In this document: piece by piece, positions 56,874 to 64,000 of the stretch
How positions within the stretch are numbered: the first letter of the stretch is position 1
How the letters are laid out: every line of letters starts with the position of its first letter
Origin: Rebecca billardiae RCC1528
Taxonomy: Eukaryota > Protista > Haptophyta
Assembly: GCA_965240325.2 (NCBI GenBank)
Contig: OZ251251.1
Location: forward strand, 558,001 to 622,000
Length of the DNA stretch: 64,000 bases
Direction of reading: 5' to 3'
Made by a program: the position numbers and the translations under genes
Notes under the pieces: model-generated
What the model saw: only the letters and a program-made list of their open reading frames with translations
Database searches by the model: none
What the model was told of the DNA's origin: nothing

Positions 56874-57734
56874 CTAGCCGGGCGATCCCTTGCCGAGCGC
56901 GCTAGCCGCTCGCGCCGCCCGAGCGCGCGCGCGCTGCACGGCGCGATCGACCGCGGCGGCGAGCGAGGCGGGCAGAGAGAGCGAGCCGATCACGCCGAGC
57001 GCCGCGCCCGAGAGCGCGAGGGACCAGAGCGAGAAGAGCACGTCCACCAGCTGCCCGCTCAGGCTCTGCGGGTCCAGGCTCACCAGCGGGTTCGCCAGCC
57101 CGGCCAGATTACCCACCACATAGAGGAAGCCCATGTGCACGCCCCAGCCCTCAATCGCCGCCAGCACGGTCCCGAAGAGCGCCGCCACGAGCAACACGAC
57201 CGCGGGCACGACTAGCACGACGAAGAGGGTGAAGGCCAGCCACGGCCGCGTCGAGCGCAGCGGCGCCGTCTCGTCGGCGTCCGCGTCGCCCTGCGCCTCC
57301 GCGCCCGCCACGCCGCCGTCCGCCTCGACCGCCTGCACGATGGAGGCGGTCACGGCCAGGTTGGCCACGCAGCCCAACACGGTGCCGACCACGCCTAAGG
57401 CCCACAGGCTGATGACGAGGTCGCAGAGCATGCCGAACCACGTCGCGGGCGAGGCGGACGTGAGCGGCGTGCCGAGCCCGGTGAGGCTCGAGATCACGTA
57501 CTGGAAGCCCACCCAGAACCGCCAACCCTCCGCGAGCGCGAGCAGCCCGCCGGCACCAAACGCGAGAAGCAGGGTGAGCGCGGGCGCGACGACGATGCCG
57601 AAGACGAGGAGCGAGCCGAAGCTGAGGGGCGGCAGCTGCGACTCCGCCTCCGGGTCGGGCGGGTCCGGCGCGTCGGAGCGCACGGCCTCGTTGAGCATGC
57701 GCTCGCCGCGGACGTTGCCTAGCACCGACGCCAT
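56874..57734 (-). CDS. Two-pore-domain (4TM/2P, Ion_trans_2-like) channel protein with non-canonical filter
   Basis: Two internal repeats TM-EGW...GFxYV..xLxGLxxPL...P.(T/S)..G-TM, matching the K2P/TPK 'EGW..DA.YF...TLTTIGYGD..P.T..G' layout but lacking GYG. Confidence 0.72.
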   Translation of the reverse strand: MASVLGNVRGERMLNEAVRSDAPDPPDPEAESQLPPLSFGSLLVFGIVVAPALTLLLAFGAGGLLALAEGWRFWVGFQYVISSLTGLGTPLTSASPATWFGMLCDLVISLWALGVVGTVLGCVANLAVTASIVQAVEADGGVAGAEAQGDADADETAPLRSTRPWLAFTLFVVLVVPAVVLLVAALFGTVLAAIEGWGVHMGFLYVVGNLAGLANPLVSLDPQSLSGQLVDVLFSLWSLALSGAALGVIGSLSLPASLAAAVDRAVQRARARAARAASALGKGSPG

Positions 57735-57904
57735 TCCTCACGCCCGCCGCCGGTCGGCCGACGGCCGATGCACTCGACGCCGGCCGAAAGGGAGGGTCAC
57801 GAGTCGCGACTCGCGAGCAAAAATAAGTCCGCCGGACTCCGGCAAGGAACTCTGCTGCCGCTGGAGGGACCACGACCGAACTCGTGCCAGAGGAGGTGGG
57901 GGTC

Positions 57905-58718
57905 GCACTGGCACCTCCTCTGGCCGACCCCCACCTCCTCTGGGGCTCCAGAGGAGGTGGGGGTCAGTGGCGCCGCGGCTGGGAGGCGCGGGGCCGACGC
58001 GGGTGCGTGCCGCGAGCCCTCGTCTCGGGCGCGCATCACCGCGTGCACAGCGCGCGCGGGCGCCCTGGCGCGCGCGCATCGCCTGCGTGCACTGAGTGAG
58101 CCTCAATCTCCCGCTGCGCGCTGCCTCGAACGCGCATCGCCACTCGCACGCGCAGGCCTGCCCCGCACGGCTTGGGCTTTTGAGCACCGGCTGGCGGCGG
58201 CGCGCCGGGTCAGGGCTTGGCCGGTGATGCGGCCTTCGCCCTGACCGAGACTTGGCGGAGGCGTGGGTAGTGCCATCGCCTGCCCGGATCCCGGGCCTCG
58301 CCGTCAGAGTGTACACGCGAGGCGCGCTGTCGTGGTTGACAGGTGAGGCGGTGCGCGCTCGCCCTCGAGCAGGCAGCGGACGTACCGGCAGGCGCGCGCG
58401 AGCACAGCGGGGCTGCCGAGCTGCTTCCGGCTGGGTAGATCGACGGTGCATGCCCTGGTCCTGGTCTGGGAGGCCTGCGCGGGTTCGGAGACCGGTGAAC
58501 GCTCGGCGCGGACCCATGTCTTGCCGGGCACGGTTGCGCGACAGCTCAGCAGCCAGTCTCGAGGATGAGTGGCATCAGAGCGCTTGCCGGCGTGCTGGCG
58601 GGCTCAACCACCGGGCCGATGCCCACGCCTTGGCCGGGATGCGACCAGCCCCGGAGTCCTCCGCAGCCGCCTGCCGCCGTCGACCCGCCGCCCAAGGCCC
58701 GCGGCCGGCGGGCCGCGC
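57905..58718. repeat. Left arm of a near-identical ~820-bp inverted duplication
   Basis: Reverse complement of 60845-61665; the ORF track shows near-identical peptides on opposite strands. Confidence 0.92.
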
Positions 58719-60089
58719 TGTCCGATAGCCCCGCGGCACGCAGCCGGCCGCAGGACGCGCTGCGTCAGCGCGAGAGGGCTGAGTTCGTGAGGGATATTCT
58801 CACCACGTCTGGAAGAGTTCTAGGAGCTGACGCAGGTTCACGGACCGTAGGCTGCTCGTCATTCGTCCCGCGACCCGGCAGCGGGCAGCATCAGGCTCAG
58901 CTTCCCAGTCGTCGGCTGACGACTTGACAATCAATCCTTGATCGCGGTCCTTCAGCTGCGAGCGCCCGGCGCCATCGTGCCCGGCGCCGGCTGGCTGCCG
59001 ACGACAGCGACCTGAGACGGCCGGACGGTGGTGCATGCTGCTCATTGCCGCGTTCGAATGTACGTGGCGCCGAGCGCGTCACGGCCGGTCGTTCTATACG
59101 CGATAGATCCGCCGCACTAGCCTATGGCCGCACCACCGGCCACCGGATGTTCATTGCCATTGGGCCCGGCGGTGCGGCGCGCGGCACCGGCCGGCGGTCC
59201 ACTGCTGACACTCGTCGTTCCGTCACGGCAGCTTCTAGGATGCCAGTCGCGTGGGTATAGCGCGCCTCTCTGCCCGCGCGGCATGTGGGATGATGTCAGG
59301 CTGCCGGATGTGACTGGCTTGGACCACTGACCAGGCCGCGGGAGCATGTCGCTGATGCATTCCAGAAGACTTCTCAGGGGAACCAGACGATGACGGACGA
59401 GTGTAGGCTATACTTCTAATGCTGCTGCACTTGCTTGAGAAGGGCCACTCGTCGTGATCAATCGAGTCGTCACGTGATACTGACGCCAGAATCGTCGCGC
59501 CACGTGCCGGCACCGTTAGAAGGCAGAACAACTCGCGCGTAGTCCCGCTGAGAGCGTATGTACGGTATGGCTGCGGCTGCAACGCGCAGTCGTCTGACGC
59601 AGTCATAATCAGCCAGCACTCAGCAGGAGCGCAGATTTTATGATGCTGGCCCGCCGTATCGTCTGCAGGCGCTTGCCCAAGGTGGTAGTGGGGCGGGTGG
59701 GACGCGGTTGAGTGGCACGTGACGAACTCTGAGTCGCGATGACATCTTATGCTGCTGGTCCGCGCAATGACTCAATAATCGATACGTACTGCGCCGCGCT
59801 GGTGCTAGGTCGGATGCCGAGCAGCAGCCTACGGTCGCTAAGTAGTCTAAGCCAGTTCATCAAACTTCACCAGACTGGGCGGTGGCGATCGTCTCTCTCA
59901 TTGACTCGGCCTTCCTGAGGTGACGCAGCGATCCCGCAGTGCCCTCCTTCATGTCTGGGCAACCCTGCCGCCCGAGCTTTGCCGAGTGGGTGGCCTGCAG
60001 CCCGAACCTGGCGGCAGCGCCAACGCCCGGAGCTTGGCCGCGCTGTGTCCCTGCCAAGCTGTGACCAAGGGTGACAGTGACGCAGGAGT

Positions 60090-60815
60090 CTCGCCCCGCA
60101 CCGCCGCCCTAGCCGCCTCACAGCCCGTCTCCGTCGCGGCCGCTGAACCCGCCGCCGAGCCAGCCACCGTTCCCACCGTCACCTCTGCCGAGCTCACGGC
60201 CACTCCGCCGCTCACAGCCATCGTCGCCAAGTCGCCGCCACCAAGCCCACCACGGACAACCAAGCCCGTCTCATCAACCCCAGCGCCAAGCCTAGCGCTG
60301 GGTTCGCCCCCTTCGCCGCCACCGACTCCGCCCCCGAGCCCACCGCCGCTAAGTCCATCGCCGAGCCCGGCCGCCATCACCGCCCTAAGCCCACCTCGAG
60401 CCTGCCGCTGCCGTCGCCGCTACCGACCCCGCTGCTGAGCCCACCACCGTCATCACCGCCTACATCGCCGCCACACAGCCCGCCGCTGAGCCTGCAGCCG
60501 TCGCTGCCTACATCGCCACCAACAAGCCCGCTACCATCATCGCCGCCATCAGCACCGCCTCCGACCACGCCGCCGAGCTCGCTGCCGAGCCCGCTACCGT
60601 CGCCGCCGCCTCGGCGCTGCCACCAAGCCGGCAGCCGATCCCACCGCCAAGTCTGCCACGTTAGCCACCGCCGAGCTCACCGCCGAGCCCACCGTCATCG
60701 CCGGCACCGAAACCGCCATCCTCGCCGCCGCCAAGCCCGCTATCAAGCCCGCCTCCGCCGCCTCCGCCGCCGAGCCCGCCTCCATCCCCACCACCCTCGC
60801 TGCCGCCCAGCCCGC
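60090..60815 (+). pseudogene. Decayed (SPPP)n extensin-like sequence
   Basis: Eroded ccgccgccgagc / tcgccgcca units giving SPPPSPP peptides in shifting frames with stops. Confidence 0.6.
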
Positions 60816-60844
60816 TCGACCGCCTGTTCCTCTGGCCATCTGCC

Positions 60845-61665
60845 GCGCGGCCCGCCGGCCGCGGGCCTTGGGCGGCGGGTCGACGGCGGCAGGCGGCTGC
60901 GGAGGACTCCGGGGCTGGTCGCATCCCGGCCAAGGCGTGGGCATCGGCCCGGTGGTTGAGCCCGCCAGCACGCCGGCAAGCGCTCTGATGCCACTCATCC
61001 TCGAGACTGGCTGCTGAGCTGTCGCGCAACCGTGCCCGGCAAGACATGGGTCCGCGCCGAGCGTTCACCGGTCTCCGAACCCGCGCAGGCCTCCCAGACC
61101 AGGACCAGGGCATGCACCGTCGATCTACCCAGCCGGAAGCAGCTCGACAGCCCCGCTGTGCTCGCGCGCGCCTGCCGGTACGTCCGCTGCCTGCTCGAGG
61201 GCGAGCGCGCACCGCCTCACCTGTCAACCACGACAGCGCGCCTCGCGTGTACACTCTGACGGCGAGGCCCGGGATCCGGGCAGGCGATTGCACTACCCAC
61301 GCCTCCGCCAAGTCTCGGTCAGGGCGAAGGCCGCATCACCGGCCAAGCCCTGACCCGGCGCGCCGCCGCCAGCCGGTGCTCAAAAGCCCAAGCCGTGCGG
61401 GGCAGGCCTGCGCGTGCGAGTGGCGATGCGCGTTCGAGGCAGCGCGCAGCGGGAGATTGAGGCTCACTCAGTGCACGCAGGCGATGCGCGCGCGCCAGGG
61501 CGCCCGCGCGCGCTGTGCACGCGGTGATGCGCGCCCGAGACGAGGGCTCGCGGCACGCACCCGCGTCGGCCCCGCGCCTCCCAGCCGCGGCGCCACTGAC
61601 CCCCACCTTGAACCTCCTCTGGAGCCCCAGAGGAGGTGGGGGTCGGCCAGAGGAGGTGCCAGTGC
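60845..61665. repeat. Right arm of the ~820-bp inverted duplication
   Basis: Differs from the left arm by at least 2 substitutions and a 7-bp insertion near 61608. Confidence 0.92.
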
Positions 61666-61681
61666 AAGGGGAGTCAGGGTA

Positions 61682-63605
61682 CAGGTCGCTGCTTCAACTT
61701 TCGGACCCGATTGCTGTTCACTTTTTGTGCACGATGGCGGCGGCGCCCCCGGGGGTCTGCGGCGCTCGAGATCGCGTCTGGCGGCACCCCCAGGGTGTGC
61801 CTGAGGTACAACCCAGCGGGTATGTACCATTTAGACGACTTTGTTCCACTACCATGTGCCCCACGGACGCCACGAGGTCCACGACGGGGCCGCCGACGGC
61901 ATGCTTCAACTTTCAGACCCGCGGGCTCTCAGCGCGCGCGCCGAGTCAGAGCCGCTGTCTGGTGAGCCGTGTGAGTCGGGCTAACGGCATCATGCACTCT
62001 AGATACCACATACATGCAGCAGACCACCTCAGGGATTCACTAGGCTTCCGCGCCACCGCCAGCCGGCGCTGCGGCTGCGCGGCCAGCACGGTCGACGACG
62101 ACAGCTCATACTGACGCGGCGGTGCCCGGCGCGGCCGGCGCCGGCGCCGATTGCTTGCGAGCTTCCGAGCACTCGGCCTTCTTGCACAGCCACCCTCGGA
62201 GATCGATCTTCTGGCACGTCGGGCAGCGTCTCGCCTTCGCCATCGGGCAGGGCGACACGCCGCACGAGCAGGTCTGGTGACAGCGGTCGAAGCTCGCCTC
62301 GAGCTCAGCAGCAGCTGCCTCCGCCTCCGCCTTCTTCCGCGCACGCTCGGATGCGGCCGCCGCCTTGCGCGCCGCCTCGGCCTCCTTCTGCGCGGTCTGC
62401 GCGGCCTTCTGCGTGTTGATCTCACGCAACGGCCACGAGCCGTTTTGGCTGTCGAGCCGCGTGTTGTCCGGCTTCGGCGCGGCGAGCTCCACGGCGGGCA
62501 CTGGAAGGACACCGAGCTGGTCTGCGAGCTCACCCGGGTCGAACCTCACCGCCTTGCGCACCGCGGCGAGCTCGGCGTCGTGCTCATCACGCTCGCGCAC
62601 GAGCTTGGCGGCCTGGCGGCCGGAGTACTCCTTGGCGAGCTCGAGCTTGGCGCGGAGGGCTGGAGCAGTGTTCGAGCGCATCCCCGCAGGCGTGGCTGTG
62701 AACGCACTAAACGTAGGTGATGCGTGCGCGCCAGAGGGCTCGCCGTCGTCGGCCGAGCGCGCAGCCCCGCGCTCCGGAGTGCTTGGCGCCGCTGCCGGCG
62801 CCGCCGCCGCGAGCGACGCGGCATCGGCCTCCTCCTCTTGCCGCCTGCGCTCCGCCTTCGCCTGTGCGGCATCGAGACGATCCACGAAGTCCTTCCTGTT
62901 GATCTGGTCCGGGTCCAACACGTTGCCCGTGATGCCCACCTTGCGCCACGCGTTGATGATGTCAAAGGTGTCACACCACGAGAACCACGCACCCGGCGTG
63001 GACAGCTCCTCACAGCCGCCGAGGATCTGGAGGAACTCGCGGAGGCCGATCGTGGGCTCCTTGCCGTAGCTCGCCGTGTACGCGTGCTTGAAAGACGCCA
63101 GGCCCTTCTGGTATTGCGAGTGGAACTTGTGGTTGTACTGATCGAGAGCCTTCACGGTGCGTGCGGCCGCGCGAGGGCGGAGAGGTGATTGTGCGCGCGT
63201 CGCGCGCGCGCGCCGGGCCGATTGCACGCCAGGTACACCCGGGGCACGCGCGCGCGCCGGAGAGGCGCTGCAGCCGTCCGCGCGCACGGGCGCCTACCTG
63301 TAGGAAGTGCGACGTGTTCGGCTCCTCGGTGAAGATGCGGATGCCGAACTCGGACTCAGCAGTGCCGAGGGCTGCGAGCACGTCCTCCGTGTACCGCGAC
63401 GAGTGGTTGTCGAGCAACAGCACGATCGGGAAGGCGATGGGCTCCAGCCCCGCAGCCACCAGAGCTGCGTTGAGGTCACCAGACGCGCCGACAGGCCGCC
63501 TAGCCCTGCCGCGCGGCGCCCGCCACACAGCAGCCGCTGCGCGAGGTGCGTCGCCATCGCCGGGTCTGAAAGACGAAGCAGTCCGAAAAACGAAGCAGCG
63601 ACCTG
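61682..63605 (-). mobile_element. 1.92-kb pogo/Tigger-like DNA transposon, internally deleted
   Basis: TA|caggtcgctgcttcaactttcggac ... gtccgaaaaacgaagcagcgacctg|TA (22/25 identical), with subterminal ctttcagaccc repeats. Confidence 0.88.
62106..63480 (-). pseudogene. 5'-truncated DDE_1 (pogo-like) transposase with one intron and a Cys-rich C-terminus
   Basis: PIVLLLDNHSSR...EPNTSHFLQ|intron 63297-63150 (GTAGG...AAG)|ALDQYN...IINAWRKVGI. The N-terminal HTH and first Asp are absent. Confidence 0.8.
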
Positions 63606-64000
63606 TACAGCACGTCCAGTTGGGCTGCAGCTGGAGCTTGGGTCCAAAAGCTTCCCGCGGCGCAGCGGCACTCGCCGCCGCCGCCGCCGTCGAGGGGCGG
63701 TTGTGGCGCGCACGGCGTGAGCCACTGCGGGCGCTGAGGTGCGCGCGACGGCGGCGCGCCCGGCGGCGCTGCTGTAGGAGGCCTCTGCCCTCCTCTCTGC
63801 CCCGCGCGCTTCGCTCGTCGTCGCCGTCTCCGCGCCTGCGACTCAGCGCGCACGCGAGCGCCGCACCGCCCGGCCGCCGGGGCAATCTCAGCCGTGACTG
63901 CGCATGTGCGTCGCGACCTGGTCGGCCCAGCGCGCGAGGCGCGTGTGGGCGAGGTAGGGCCAGTATGGGCGCGCGCCATGCCGCCTCTAGTAACCATCAG

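Overview
Very GC-rich eukaryotic genomic DNA with short GC-rich spliceosomal introns, Ala/Gly/Pro low-complexity proteins and (AT)n intergenic tracts. The style suggests a haptophyte alga, possibly Pavlovales; this is inference only. Most ORFs in the six-frame track are shadow ORFs. Bases 1-41100 are gene-rich: Ctr copper transporter 3' end, DGAT2, a GT-like protein, signal-peptide PIMT, membrane-anchored PARP/ART, a 3-exon coiled-coil gene, a ~15 kb multi-exon gene with ~7 copies of an unrecognised module, a 5-finger C2H2 protein, F-box/RCC1 head-to-head with SVIP, and a small TM ORF 16 nt upstream of long-form RNase Z. Bases 41200-64000 are dominated by DNA transposons and repeats: a CACAG-TIR element, two TA-TSD MITE-like elements (one nested in a foldback element), an internally deleted pogo-like element, ~820-bp inverted duplicates and satellites. 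Among them lie an SPPP-rich secreted protein, a Cys-rich pseudogene and a two-pore channel-like gene without the GYG filter. The best candidate for a new system is 30983-34129. Once its 414-nt intron is removed it encodes ~6 TM helices, a TIR/HET-like domain with its putative catalytic Glu, a further TM helix and a C-type-lectin domain, i.e. a putative lectin-gated TIR/HET immune receptor. All assignments come from motif recognition by eye; no searches were run.
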